Part shown: positions 13,715 to 22,876 of the stretch, in pieces
How the letters are laid out: each line of letters starts with the position of its first letter
Position numbering within the stretch: the stretch's first letter is position 1
Sequence record: SRR2962707_875
Reading direction: 5' to 3' (one strand)
DNA length: 47,012 bases
Made by a program: the position numbers and the translations under genes
The notes under the pieces: generated by a model
What the model was told of the DNA's origin: nothing
Database searches by the model: none
The model's input: the letters and a program-made list of their open reading frames with translations, nothing else

Positions 13715-14749
13715 TCATTGGCCCTGCGGAATCTCCAACCGGTACGTTTCAATGGCATTTTCCCGGAACAATGCCGCTTTCTCCGCCTCGGAAAAACCGG
13801 CGGCGTACCGTTTGAAGGCGTTCCACAACACCGCGTAGGAACAGGACACCTGGTCCACCGGGAAGTTACTTTCGAACATCGCCCTTTCCACACCGAAGGC
13901 GGACAGGCAGACATCCAGATAAGGGCGCCAGAGCTCCACCAGAGCCTCCGAGGAGGGCGGTAACGGCTGACCATCCAGGCCAAAACCGCAGCTGTGCATG
14001 CCCAGACCACCCAGTTTGATCCGTACATTGGCGCAGCGCGCCAGCGATTCGATCGCCATGCGCCATTCCGGGAACAGCGCGTCACGACGCCCGGCGTAAG
14101 GCCCGACACCGAGCACGCCGCCGACGTGATCCAGCACGATGACCGTGTCGGGGAACGCCCGCGCCAGATTCTCCAATTCCGGCAACTGGTGGAAGTAGGT
14201 CCAGCAATCGAAGCTCAGTCCCAGCGGCGCCAGACAGGCGAACCCTTCGCGGAAATTCGGATCCAGCAGCAGCTTCTCCGGTGGAATCCGGGAGGTGGTG
14301 CGTACCGTCGGGTCTGGATCCCAGACGCTGGACTGGCGAATGCCGCGGAAACGGCCGCCGCCTTCCTTCAGGTGACCTTCCAGCACCCGATTCACCGAAG
14401 TGCCCAGGCGCAAATCGGCGTGACCGACGATGCCAGTGCAGACGCGGCCGCCGGTGGCCTCCGCCACACTCCGGGCAAAACGGGTCTCGCCCAGCGGCCG
14501 CATCGGCTCCGGACCGGTGTCACGGTACTGTTCCAGGCATTCCACGAAGACAGTGCCAATGATGCGGTGGCCGGCGTTCAAATCAGTTTCGATATCCGCT
14601 TGCAGATAGGTGGCGCGCGGCGGCCCCCACAGATGATGATGCGGGTCGACGATGGCCAGATCCGGCTCCAGCACCGGCTCCTGATGTCGTGCCAGCCAGT
14701 CCCGATCCGGACCCGGCAGCACCGGTTTTTGTGACGTTGTTGTTGTCAT
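13715..14749 (-). CDS. Amidohydrolase-2 family metal-dependent hydrolase (lactonase-like)
   Basis: IVDPHHHLW, RFRGIR, VLDHVG, IKLGG, RAMFESNFPVD. AGGAG RBS upstream of ATG 14749. Confidence 0.85.
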   Translation of the reverse strand: MTTTTSQKPVLPGPDRDWLARHQEPVLEPDLAIVDPHHHLWGPPRATYLQADIETDLNAGHRIIGTVFVECLEQYRDTGPEPMRPLGETRFARSVAEATGGRVCTGIVGHADLRLGTSVNRVLEGHLKEGGGRFRGIRQSSVWDPDPTVRTTSRIPPEKLLLDPNFREGFACLAPLGLSFDCWTYFHQLPELENLARAFPDTVIVLDHVGGVLGVGPYAGRRDALFPEWRMAIESLARCANVRIKLGGLGMHSCGFGLDGQPLPPSSEALVELWRPYLDVCLSAFGVERAMFESNFPVDQVSCSYAVLWNAFKRYAAGFSEAEKAALFRENAIETYRLEIPQGQ

Positions 14750-14846
14750 CAAGGCTCCTGATTGTCCCGGCCTGTTGTTTTCATTTCCGGGTTTCCGATC
14801 CCGGACGGGCCGGAATCAGCCCGATACTTTTCCACTTTTCGTGACG

Positions 14847-14866
14847 ACAATCAAAGCTGATTTTTT
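14847..14866. promoter_or_regulatory. Putative TetR operator copy 1 (core AATCA-N4-TGATT)
   Basis: ACAATCAAAGCTGATTTTTT matches the reverse complement of 15703-15722 at 17/20 positions. Confidence 0.65.
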
Positions 14867-14914
14867 ATAATCGCCCTTCCTGGCCACTTGCCACGGACCG
14901 AGCTACCAAGCCGT

Positions 14915-14987
14915 TGTAGGAGCTTGCCTTGCAAGCGAATCGGGCTGCCGGCCCCCCAGAAAAACGCTTGCAGGGCAAGCTCCTACA
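14915..14987. repeat. GTAG-family REP doublet (REPIN-like inverted pair)
   Basis: TGTAGGAGCTTGCCTTGCAAGCG (14915-14937) and CGCTTGCAGGGCAAGCTCCTACA (14965-14987) are inverted copies with 1 mismatch. Each has the GTAG tetranucleotide and an internal GCTTGC/GCAAGC palindrome. Confidence 0.85.
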
Positions 14988-15006
14988 GAGGGATGGCGGC
15001 CCGGGA

Positions 15007-15654
15007 TTATTCAGCCAGCAGCCCCACCAGGCTGGTCTTGAGCAACGCCAGCGCCGGCTGCACCCGCTCCTCCGGCCCCATCTCGATGCGCCTGAGAGCA
15101 ATGCCGCGCAGAGCGTCCATCATGTAAGTGCGCACACCGACCAGAGTGTCGGTGTCCAGCGACACGTCGGCGAACAGACGCACCCATTCCCGGTGGCGCG
15201 TTTCCGCCAGCTCCCGCATTTCCTGGCACAGCTGGGCATGGAGCGCGCCGTTGAAACGCTCATACAGGCGGATCTCCATGGCCGCCACATAATCATCGCT
15301 GCCCAGCACCGACCAGTAATGGTCCACCACCCAGGCCACCCGCTCAGCCAGAGGCCGGGCCGCCAGCTCCGCCACCGGAAACCCCCAGTCCAGGCGCAAT
15401 GCCAGACGGCTGCGAACCGCCACGAACAGATCGTCACGGGAGGCGAAATGGTATTGCAGCGCACCGCGGGAGACGCCCGCGCGGCGTGCCACCAGCGGGG
15501 TGCTCAGGGCGGCATAACCTTCCGTGCGAATCAACTCCAGGGCAGCGGTCACCAGCTTCTCCCGGGTATCCAGACTGCGCGCCTGCCGGGGGGCGCGCCG
15601 GGCACCGGGGACTTCCGCGTCCGTCGCCGGAGAGTTCTCTACGTCTTCGGTCAT
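15007..15654 (-). CDS. TetR/AcrR family transcriptional regulator
   Basis: HTH TREKLVTAALELIRTEGYAALSTPLVARRAGVSRGALQYHF; divergent from the thiolase operon. Confidence 0.92.
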   Translation of the reverse strand: MTEDVENSPATDAEVPGARRAPRQARSLDTREKLVTAALELIRTEGYAALSTPLVARRAGVSRGALQYHFASRDDLFVAVRSRLALRLDWGFPVAELAARPLAERVAWVVDHYWSVLGSDDYVAAMEIRLYERFNGALHAQLCQEMRELAETRHREWVRLFADVSLDTDTLVGVRTYMMDALRGIALRRIEMGPEERVQPALALLKTSLVGLLAE

Positions 15655-15702
15655 GGTTGTGGTCCATTGCGTTCGCCGGATGCCGATCATCTTGACCGGC
15701 AA

Positions 15703-15722
15703 AAAAAATCATGGTTGATTGT
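15703..15722. promoter_or_regulatory. Putative TetR operator copy 2
   Basis: AAAAAATCATGGTTGATTGT in the tetR/thiolase divergent spacer, just downstream of a TTGACC hexamer (15692-15697). Confidence 0.65.
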
Positions 15723-15873
15723 TTATCCCGTTTTGTCGAGCCCCAAACGGCCTTTTTCGCGCCAGGGTCCCAGACCCGACGGGCGATGCCCCCCCGGATA
15801 TTCCCGGATGGCGGCCGTCGGAACAATAATGAATCCCCCCTGCCGCCGGGCAATCCCCGGCATGGAGTCCGTC

Positions 15874-17058
15874 ATGACTGAAACCGCCGTTATCGTCGAC
15901 GCCCTGCGTACACCCATGGGTCGTGGCAAGTCCGATGGCGGGCTGGCCGGCCTGCACCCGGTGGACCTGCTCGCCGCCTTGTTGAAAGAGACCGTCCAGC
16001 GCCACGATATCGACCCCGGCCTGGTGGACGACGTCATGATCGGTTGCGTCAGCCAGTCCGGGGAGCAGTCCGCCACCCCCGGCCGCATGGCCTTGCTCGC
16101 CGCCGGCTTTCCCGAACAGGTTCCCAGCACCACCATCGACCGCAAATGCGGCTCCAGCCAGCAAGCGGTGCATTTCGCCGCCCAGTCGATCATGGCCGGC
16201 GCCAATCAGCTGGTGATCGCCGGCGGCGTGGAGTCCATGAGCCGGGTCCCCATGGGCAGCGCGCGCATGGGCCAGGATCCGTTCGGCCAGGGCGTGAGCG
16301 AACGCTATGCCCCCGGCCTGGTGTCCCAGGGCGTGGCCGCCGAACTGGTGACCAGCCGCTATCAACTGGATCGCGAGACGCTGGATCAATACGCCGCCCA
16401 ATCCCATCAGCGGGCAGCCGCTCATCGGGAAGCCGGCGCGTTCCGCGATGAAATCGTGCCGGTGACCCTGCCGGACGGCCGTGTCCTGTCCGAGGACGAA
16501 ACCATCCGCCCCGCCACCACCGCGGAACGGCTGAGCGAATTGCGTCCGTCCTTCCAGGACGACGCCCTGAAACAGCGGTTCCCGGAAATCAACTGGAGCA
16601 TCACCGCCGGCAACGCTTCCCAGATCACCGACGGCGCCTCCGCTCTGCTGATCATGAGCGAGAGTCTGGCCAACAAGCTGGGGCTCAAGCCGCTGGCCCG
16701 CTTCGTCAGCTTTGACGTCTGCGGCGACAGCCCGCTGACCATGCTGACGGCACCGATTCCGTCCAGCAAACGGGCCCTGCAAAAAGCCGGCATGAGCGTG
16801 GACCAGATCGATCATTTCGAGGTCAACGAGGCCTTCGCGCCAGTCCCCCTGGCCTGGCAAAAAGAGCTGGGCGCGGACCCTCAGCGGCTTAATCCTCGTG
16901 GCGGCGCCATCGCGCTTGGCCATCCGCTCGGTGCTTCCGGAGCCCGGCTGATGACCACTCTGGTGCACGCCCTGGGTCAGAACGGCCAGCGCTATGGTCT
17001 GCAGACCATGTGCGAGGCCGGCGGCATGGCCAACACCACCATCATCGAGCGCCTGTGA
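15874..17058 (+). CDS. Acetyl-CoA C-acyltransferase (thiolase)
   Basis: IDRKCGSSQQA (catalytic Cys), GGVESMS, NEAFA, GGAIALGHPLGASG, TMCEAGG. Confidence 0.95.
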   Translation: MTETAVIVDALRTPMGRGKSDGGLAGLHPVDLLAALLKETVQRHDIDPGLVDDVMIGCVSQSGEQSATPGRMALLAAGFPEQVPSTTIDRKCGSSQQAVHFAAQSIMAGANQLVIAGGVESMSRVPMGSARMGQDPFGQGVSERYAPGLVSQGVAAELVTSRYQLDRETLDQYAAQSHQRAAAHREAGAFRDEIVPVTLPDGRVLSEDETIRPATTAERLSELRPSFQDDALKQRFPEINWSITAGNASQITDGASALLIMSESLANKLGLKPLARFVSFDVCGDSPLTMLTAPIPSSKRALQKAGMSVDQIDHFEVNEAFAPVPLAWQKELGADPQRLNPRGGAIALGHPLGASGARLMTTLVHALGQNGQRYGLQTMCEAGGMANTTIIERL

Positions 17059-17064
17059 GGTTCC

Positions 17065-18129
17065 ATGGACGATAGTCGCAGCCTGCTGCTCGATACCGCC
17101 GGGCGGCTCTTCGCCGAACTGCGGGAAACGCCCGGCGACGCTGACGCGGCCTGGCAACGGGTGGTCGAACTCGGCCTGCCACTGGCGCTGGTGGATGAGG
17201 CCCATGGCGGCTTCGACCTGCCGGTGGCGGACGCACTGGCGGTGGTTCGCCTGGCCGGTCAGTACGCGCTGGCGGCGCCGCTGGGCGAAGCTCTGCTGGC
17301 CAACCGGTTGCTTGCCGAAGCCGGCGCCGACATCGCCGAAGGGCGGCCCACCCTGGCCGTGGCGGACCCGCATAGCCCACTGACACTGAACCGGGAAGGG
17401 GACCGCTGGCGGGTCCACGGCCGGCTACCGGCCGTGCCTTGGGTGGAACACGCCGAAGTAGTCGTAACGATCGCCCGGCACGATCGGCAAAACCGGCTGC
17501 TGCTGCTCGACCCCGACAGTCTGGCAGCAACGCCTGGAACCAATCTGGCCGATCAGCCGCGCACCGATCTGACACTGGACCTTGATCTGGACAACCGCCG
17601 GGTGCGCGAGCTGCCCGAGACGCTTGGCGCGGAATGGCTGTTCGAAAGCGGCGCGCTGTTGCGCTGCCAGGAAATCGCCGGAGCCCTCGCCACGGTGCTC
17701 GATATGACCGTTCAATACGCCAGCGAGCGAGTGCAATTCGGCAAGCCCATCGCCCGGCAACAGGCGATCCAGCAGCAACTGGCGGTACTGGCCACCCAGG
17801 CCGCGATAGCCGCCGGGGCCGCCGACATGGCGGTGGACGCGTTCCATGATCCGCGCCGCCACGCTCTGATTGCCGCCGCCAAGGCCCGTTGCGGCGAAGC
17901 CGCCGGCCAGGCTCTGGCCATCGCCCACCAGGTCCATGGCGCCATCGGCATGACCCGCGAATACCGGCTCAACCTGTACAGCCGGCGGCTGTGGAGCTGG
18001 CGCGACGAATTCGGCAGCGAACGCTACTGGCAGGCCCGGTTGGGCGAGCAGGTGCTGGCGCGCGGCGCCGATGGCCTTTGGCCCTTCATCACCGAACTGG
18101 GCAGCAGCAGCGAAGGAGCGCGCCAATGA
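17065..18129 (+). CDS. Acyl-CoA dehydrogenase family protein (short, probable non-catalytic subunit)
   Basis: C-terminal ACAD motifs YASERVQFGKPI..QQAIQ and AHQVHGAIGMT; divergent N-terminus; 354 aa. Confidence 0.85.
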   Translation: MDDSRSLLLDTAGRLFAELRETPGDADAAWQRVVELGLPLALVDEAHGGFDLPVADALAVVRLAGQYALAAPLGEALLANRLLAEAGADIAEGRPTLAVADPHSPLTLNREGDRWRVHGRLPAVPWVEHAEVVVTIARHDRQNRLLLLDPDSLAATPGTNLADQPRTDLTLDLDLDNRRVRELPETLGAEWLFESGALLRCQEIAGALATVLDMTVQYASERVQFGKPIARQQAIQQQLAVLATQAAIAAGAADMAVDAFHDPRRHALIAAAKARCGEAAGQALAIAHQVHGAIGMTREYRLNLYSRRLWSWRDEFGSERYWQARLGEQVLARGADGLWPFITELGSSSEGARQ

Positions 18130-19274
18130 TCGATTTGTCCTTCCCGACGCCTCCAGAATCGCAGCAGGCGGAGAGCTTCCGCGAACAGGTACGCGACTTC
18201 CTCGCCGCCGAGCTGGCCGGCCGCACGCCACTTCAACGGGTCGAATCCTGGATGGGGTTCGACGCCGGCTTCAGCCGCCGGCTAGGAGAACAAGGCTGGA
18301 TCGGCCTGACCTGGCCGAAGCAGTACGGCGGCAGTGAACGCAGCGCTCTGGAACGCTACGTGCTGCTGGAGGAACTATTAGCCGCCGGCGCGCCAGTGGC
18401 GGCGCATTGGATCGCGGACCGGCAAAGCGGCCCGCTGCTGTTGCGCTATGGCACTGAAGCCCAGAAGCAAGCGATCCTGCCACGCATCACCCGCGGTGAA
18501 TGCTTTTTCTGTATCGGCATGAGCGAGCCGGATTCCGGTTCCGACCTGGCCGCCGCCCGCACCTACGCCGAGCCGGTGGACGACGGCTTCATCGTCAACG
18601 GCACCAAGCTGTGGACCACCTACGGCCACAAGGCCCATTACATGGTGCTGTTCTGCCGCACCAGCCGTGACCATGAGGACCGCCATGGCGGCACCAGCCA
18701 GTTGCTGATCGATCTGACTTTGCCAGGCATCACCATCCGGCCGATCCACGATCTGTCCGGCGCCCATCATTTCAATGAGGTGGTGTTCGAAAACGTCCAG
18801 GTTCCCCGCGACGCCCTGATCGGCGAGATGGGCGACGGCTGGAACCAGGTGCTCAGCGAGCTGGCGTTCGAGCGCAGCGGTCCGGACCGGTTTCTCTCCA
18901 CTCTGTGGGTGCTGATCGAGTTGATCCGCGCCCTGGAAGGCCGCGATGACGATCAGTCCCGCATCGCCGTTGGCCGCCTCGCCGCCCATTTGATGAGCCT
19001 GCGCCGACTGTCACGCAGTGTGGCCGGCATGTTGCAACGGGGCGAGAATCCAACTTTGCAGGCGGCCATCGTCAAGGATCTGGGGGCCCTGCTGGAACAG
19101 GACATTCCGGACATTGCCCGGCAACTGGTGGACACCGGCCGCGCCGACGCCGCTCACCGGGACTTTTTCCAAGTGCTCCACTACGCTGTGCAACAAGTAC
19201 CCGCATTTTCATTACGAGGCGGCACCCGGGAAATTCTGCGCGGCATCATCGCGCGTGGCCTGGGTTTGCGTTAA
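18126..19274 (+). CDS. Acyl-CoA dehydrogenase
   Basis: ATG 18126 overlaps the upstream stop (ATGA); CIGMSEPDSGSDLA, NGTKLWTT, HFNEVVF, LAFERSG, LRGGTREI. Confidence 0.92.
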   Translation: MIDLSFPTPPESQQAESFREQVRDFLAAELAGRTPLQRVESWMGFDAGFSRRLGEQGWIGLTWPKQYGGSERSALERYVLLEELLAAGAPVAAHWIADRQSGPLLLRYGTEAQKQAILPRITRGECFFCIGMSEPDSGSDLAAARTYAEPVDDGFIVNGTKLWTTYGHKAHYMVLFCRTSRDHEDRHGGTSQLLIDLTLPGITIRPIHDLSGAHHFNEVVFENVQVPRDALIGEMGDGWNQVLSELAFERSGPDRFLSTLWVLIELIRALEGRDDDQSRIAVGRLAAHLMSLRRLSRSVAGMLQRGENPTLQAAIVKDLGALLEQDIPDIARQLVDTGRADAAHRDFFQVLHYAVQQVPAFSLRGGTREILRGIIARGLGLR

Positions 19275-19289
19275 TAACAAGGAATCTTC

Positions 19290-20093
19290 ATGAGCGAACT
19301 GGTTACCTATCAAATCGACGACGGCATCGTCACCCTGACCCTGAACAGCCCGGAAAACCGCAACCCGATTTCCGACTCCGACATGATCGAAGCGCTGCTG
19401 GATGCCCTGGACCGCCTGGAGGCGGACCCGCAAGCCCGGGTGGCGATTCTCACCGGCGCCGGCAGCGCCTTCTCCAGCGGCGGCAACGTGAAAAAGATGG
19501 GCGCCGCCGGCGGTCTCAACGACGCCACCGCCCCGGTGAAAACCCGGCGCAACTACAAAACCGGCATTCAGCGCATTCCGCTGGCGTTCGAAAAACTGGA
19601 AGTCCCGGTCATCGCCGCCGTCAACGGCCCGGCGGTGGGCGCCGGCTGCGATCTCGCCTGCATGTGCGACATCCGCATCGCCGGCGAGCGTGCCTGGTTC
19701 GCCGAGAGTTTCGTCAAGTTGGGCATCATTCCCGGAGACGGCGGCGCCTGGCTGCTGCAGCGCGTGGTGGGCTTTTCCAAAGCGGCGGAAATGGCACTCA
19801 CCGGCGACCGCGTCGGCGCCGAGGAGGCGCTCGCCTGTGGTCTGGTGTCCCGAGTGGTGCCCGACGACAAGCTGCTGGACGAAGCCCGCGCCCTGGCCGC
19901 CCGTATCGCCTCCAATCCACCGCAGGCAGTACGCATGACCAAACGCCTGCTGTGGACCGCCCGTTCCTCACGCCTGGATACGGTGTTGGAAATGTCCGCC
20001 GCCATGCAGGCGCTGGCGCACACCACCGACGACCACGACGAGGCCGTGGCTGCCTTCATCGAAAAACGGGACCCGAGATTCAGCGGCCAGTAA
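19290..20093 (+). CDS. Enoyl-CoA hydratase/isomerase (crotonase) family
   Basis: FSSGGNV, PVIAAVNGPAVGAGCDLACMCDIRIA, FVKLGIIPGDGG, AFIEKRDPRFSG. Confidence 0.93.
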   Translation: MSELVTYQIDDGIVTLTLNSPENRNPISDSDMIEALLDALDRLEADPQARVAILTGAGSAFSSGGNVKKMGAAGGLNDATAPVKTRRNYKTGIQRIPLAFEKLEVPVIAAVNGPAVGAGCDLACMCDIRIAGERAWFAESFVKLGIIPGDGGAWLLQRVVGFSKAAEMALTGDRVGAEEALACGLVSRVVPDDKLLDEARALAARIASNPPQAVRMTKRLLWTARSSRLDTVLEMSAAMQALAHTTDDHDEAVAAFIEKRDPRFSGQ

Positions 20094-20102
20094 CCCCTGA
20101 CC

Positions 20103-20123
20103 AGGGCGCCCACGCGCCCTTTT
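20103..20123 (+). terminator. Probable intrinsic terminator after the crotonase gene
   Basis: AGGGCGC-CCAC-GCGCCCT stem followed by TTT and a T-rich tail. Confidence 0.55.
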
Positions 20124-20171
20124 CGTTTCCTGTCCGGCACGGTCCGCGTGCCGGTCACTGGACGGACTCCG

Positions 20172-21446
20172 ATGCCCCTTCCCACTGTCGACGCCGAGCC
20201 CCGCGTCTATCAACACCCGGGCTTCGTGCCTTTCGTTCTCGCCCGCCTGGGCGCGGCGTTGGCCATGCAAGTGCAGGCCATCATCGTCGCCTGGCAGGTT
20301 TACGCACTGACCCGGGATCCGCTCAGCCTCGGTTATGTGGGCCTGGCCCAGTTTCTGCCAATGGTGGTGTTGCTGCTGCCCGCCGGCGATCTGGTGGACC
20401 GCTTTGACCGGCGTCTGATCCTGCACGCCAGTTGGGCGGCGCAAGCCGTATGCAGCGCGCTGTTCATCATGCTTTCCCTGAACCCGCCGGATCATGCCGG
20501 TCCGTTCTATGCGGTGTTGGTGCTGTTCGGCGCCGCCCGCGCCTTCACCGGCCCGACCCTACAAAGCCTGCTACCGCAAATCGTGCCGCAAGCCTTACTT
20601 GGCAAAGCCATCGCGCTCAATTCCTCGATCATGAAGATCGCGGTCATTGGCGGGCCGATGCTGGGAGGATTGCTTTATCCGCTCGGTGCCACCACCGCTT
20701 ACAGTGTGGTCCTGGGCTGCTTCCTGTTCGCCCTGGCCATGCTTTTTCTGGTGCCGGTCCGCTACCGACAGCGCCCTCTGCATTCCGGCGACACCACCTC
20801 CTGGCAACGCTTTACCGCCGGTATTCTTTATATCCGCCATAAACCGGTCATTCTCGGCATCATCTCCCTGGACCTGTTCGCCGTCTTGTTCGGTGGCGTG
20901 GTGGCGCTGCTGCCAATCTACGCCGACGAAATCCTGCACGTGGGTTCGGAGGGGCTTGGCGCCCTGCGCAGCGCCATTGCTCTCGGTGCTTTCGTCATGG
21001 GTTTGTATCTGGGAGTGCGCGCCATTCGCCGGCATACCGGCCTGGTGATGTTCGCGGCGGTGGCGATTTTCGGCGTCGCCAATCTGGTGTTTGCCTTATC
21101 CACCTCATTCTGGCTGTCGCTGGCCGCCCTGTTCATTGCCGGCGCCGCCGACATGATCAGTGTCTATGTGCGGCTGACGTTGCTGCAACTGGCCACGCCG
21201 GACGAAATGCGGGGACGCGTCAACGCCGTGAATATGCTGTTCATCGGGGCATCCAATGAGTTGGGAGAATTCGAGTCCGGCATTACCGCGTCCTGGTTCG
21301 GCACCGTGCCGGCGGCGGTGATTGGCGGCGTCGGCACACTGGCGGTGGTCGGCCTGTGGATGTGGGGCTTTCCGGTTTTACGCCGGGTGGATCGACTTGA
21401 AGACGTTGCGGTGGAGGAAGATCAGCATAGCGCCTTGCGCAAATAA
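20172..21446 (+). CDS. MFS transporter (MFS_3/EntS-like)
   Basis: About 12 hydrophobic segments; GDLVDRFDRR, DLFAVLFGGVVALLP, TPDEMRGRV, SNELGEFESG. Confidence 0.88.
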   Translation: MPLPTVDAEPRVYQHPGFVPFVLARLGAALAMQVQAIIVAWQVYALTRDPLSLGYVGLAQFLPMVVLLLPAGDLVDRFDRRLILHASWAAQAVCSALFIMLSLNPPDHAGPFYAVLVLFGAARAFTGPTLQSLLPQIVPQALLGKAIALNSSIMKIAVIGGPMLGGLLYPLGATTAYSVVLGCFLFALAMLFLVPVRYRQRPLHSGDTTSWQRFTAGILYIRHKPVILGIISLDLFAVLFGGVVALLPIYADEILHVGSEGLGALRSAIALGAFVMGLYLGVRAIRRHTGLVMFAAVAIFGVANLVFALSTSFWLSLAALFIAGAADMISVYVRLTLLQLATPDEMRGRVNAVNMLFIGASNELGEFESGITASWFGTVPAAVIGGVGTLAVVGLWMWGFPVLRRVDRLEDVAVEEDQHSALRK

Positions 21447-21889
21447 ATGCGTCGATAAACCCCCTGCTCCAGACGCCGCTCGCATTCTTCGTAGCCATGA
21501 TCCAGGTAAAACACCAGGTTTTCGACCATGGCTTCGCTGATGTAGATATAGAGCATGTCGTGACCGGCATCACGAGCCAGCTGTTCGGCCTGCTTCAACA
21601 GCCTGCGGCCCAACCCTTGTTTCTGAAAATCAGGATCCACCGCCATATTCTTGGTGAGCAATCCGAAGTCGGTTTCTTCCAGCTCCACCACTCCTTGAAT
21701 GCCGAGGCCGTCGTCCGCCACCCACACGGTGTTCCGCAGCACGACTTGATTGTAGTCATCGGTCATCGGCGCCGGGGGGCGCCCCATGCGCGGAACGAAA
21801 TGCTGATAAGCTCGCAGCACGCAACGGGAAATAGCCGCCGCGTCCTGCCGACGGGCCGGACGTAGAACGACGGGACGGTGCCTATCCAT
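21422..21889 (-). CDS. GNAT family N-acetyltransferase
   Basis: NMAVDPDFQKQGLGRRLL acetyl-CoA motif; NLVFYLDHGY. Start uncertain (21889 or 21898). Confidence 0.85.
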   Translation of the reverse strand: MDRHRPVVLRPARRQDAAAISRCVLRAYQHFVPRMGRPPAPMTDDYNQVVLRNTVWVADDGLGIQGVVELEETDFGLLTKNMAVDPDFQKQGLGRRLLKQAEQLARDAGHDMLYIYISEAMVENLVFYLDHGYEECERRLEQGVYRRIYLRKALC

Positions 21890-22108
21890 GACGACCATGA
21901 CGTATGAAACGCTTTCCTCGTGACGGCGCCCGGGCCCAAGGCCCCAGGCAATGGAAGTTGCACTGTAAGAAGAATCCCGCCCAATGAGAAGGGGCTGTTC
22001 CATAATACGAGAAAGCCGACCCGGACAATGTCGCAATTTGCGTATACCTGGTGATTCACGACAGCCCTTCGGGTACCTGGTGCCGCGCCTCAATTCGCGT
22101 GATGATAA

Positions 22109-22124
22109 TTGACAACGCCTTGAC
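22109..22124 (+). promoter_or_regulatory. Tandem direct repeat TTGAC-N6-TTGAC upstream of the response regulator
   Basis: TTGACAACGCCTTGAC; 11-bp periodicity typical of OmpR/PhoB-family sites. Confidence 0.5.
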
Positions 22125-22167
22125 GCGATCAGGTGGAAGATGCACGAAAGAAAACAGGAGTGACATC

Positions 22168-22866
22168 GTGAAGAATCTGTCTGTTCTGCTGGTGGAGGAC
22201 CATCGCCAACTGGCCCAAACCGTGGTCGAGTATCTGGAACAGGAGGGCGCGATAGTGGACTACGCCGGCGACACTGATCTGGCTCGCTCGCTGGTCAAGG
22301 AACACCACTACGATATTCTGATACTCGATGTGATGTTGCCCGGCGAGGACGGTTACAGCTTCTGCCAGTATCTGCGCCGTGATCTGGCTCTGGATACGCC
22401 GGTGATCTTCCTCACCGCACGGGACCACCTCGATGACAAGCTGGAAGGATTCGAGCGCGGTGGCGACGATTACATCGTCAAACCTTTCGCGCTCCCGGAA
22501 CTGGTGGCACGTGTTCGCGTTTTGGTGCGCCGGGAGCGCCGCGAGGTCACCCCCAACGTGATTACCATCGCTGATCTCCAACTGGATCCCGCTCGACAGG
22601 AAGTCCGCCGTGGAGGACAAATTCTGAAGCTCTCTCCCACCGCATTCCGAATCTTGCGCATTCTGATGCGCGAATCGCCCAAAGTGGTTAGCCGCGAACA
22701 ACTCGAACAGGAACTCTGGGGCGACCTGGTACCCGATTCCGACGCGTTACGCAGCCATCTGTATAATCTGCGCAAGGCGGTGGACAAGCCGTTTGATCAT
22801 AGCCTGATGGAGACTCTGCCCGGCGTCGGCTTCAGCATCCGGGCTCCGCGGAGCGAGAGTGCCTGA
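22168..22866 (+). CDS. OmpR-family response regulator (ColR-like)
   Basis: GTG start after AGGAG; LLVED, LDVMLPGEDG, FLTARD, GGDDYIVKPF, LRSHLYNLRKAVDKPF, TLPGVGF. Confidence 0.92.
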   Translation: MKNLSVLLVEDHRQLAQTVVEYLEQEGAIVDYAGDTDLARSLVKEHHYDILILDVMLPGEDGYSFCQYLRRDLALDTPVIFLTARDHLDDKLEGFERGGDDYIVKPFALPELVARVRVLVRRERREVTPNVITIADLQLDPARQEVRRGGQILKLSPTAFRILRILMRESPKVVSREQLEQELWGDLVPDSDALRSHLYNLRKAVDKPFDHSLMETLPGVGFSIRAPRSESA

Positions 22867-22876
22867 GCCCGGGGCC

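Noticed and set aside
14929-15873. Apparent 709-aa thiolase fusion
   Set aside because: The extension runs through the REP element and antisense to tetR; the thiolase fold begins at 15874 after a GGAG.
15709-17418. Long antisense ORFs (569 aa here; also 37074..38636, 9278..10438, 31808..32923)
   Set aside because: They lie opposite well-supported genes, have no recognisable motifs, and are expected from stop-codon scarcity in GC-rich DNA.
20172-21446. MFS transporter as a member of the TetR catabolic operon
   Set aside because: A terminator-like hairpin at 20103-20123 separates it and I found no operator copy upstream; membership is unsupported.
22045-22082. TACCTGGTG repeated twice 29 bp apart upstream of the response regulator
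   Set aside because: Only two 9-bp copies, too short and too few for a CRISPR array, and I saw no recurrence in other promoters.
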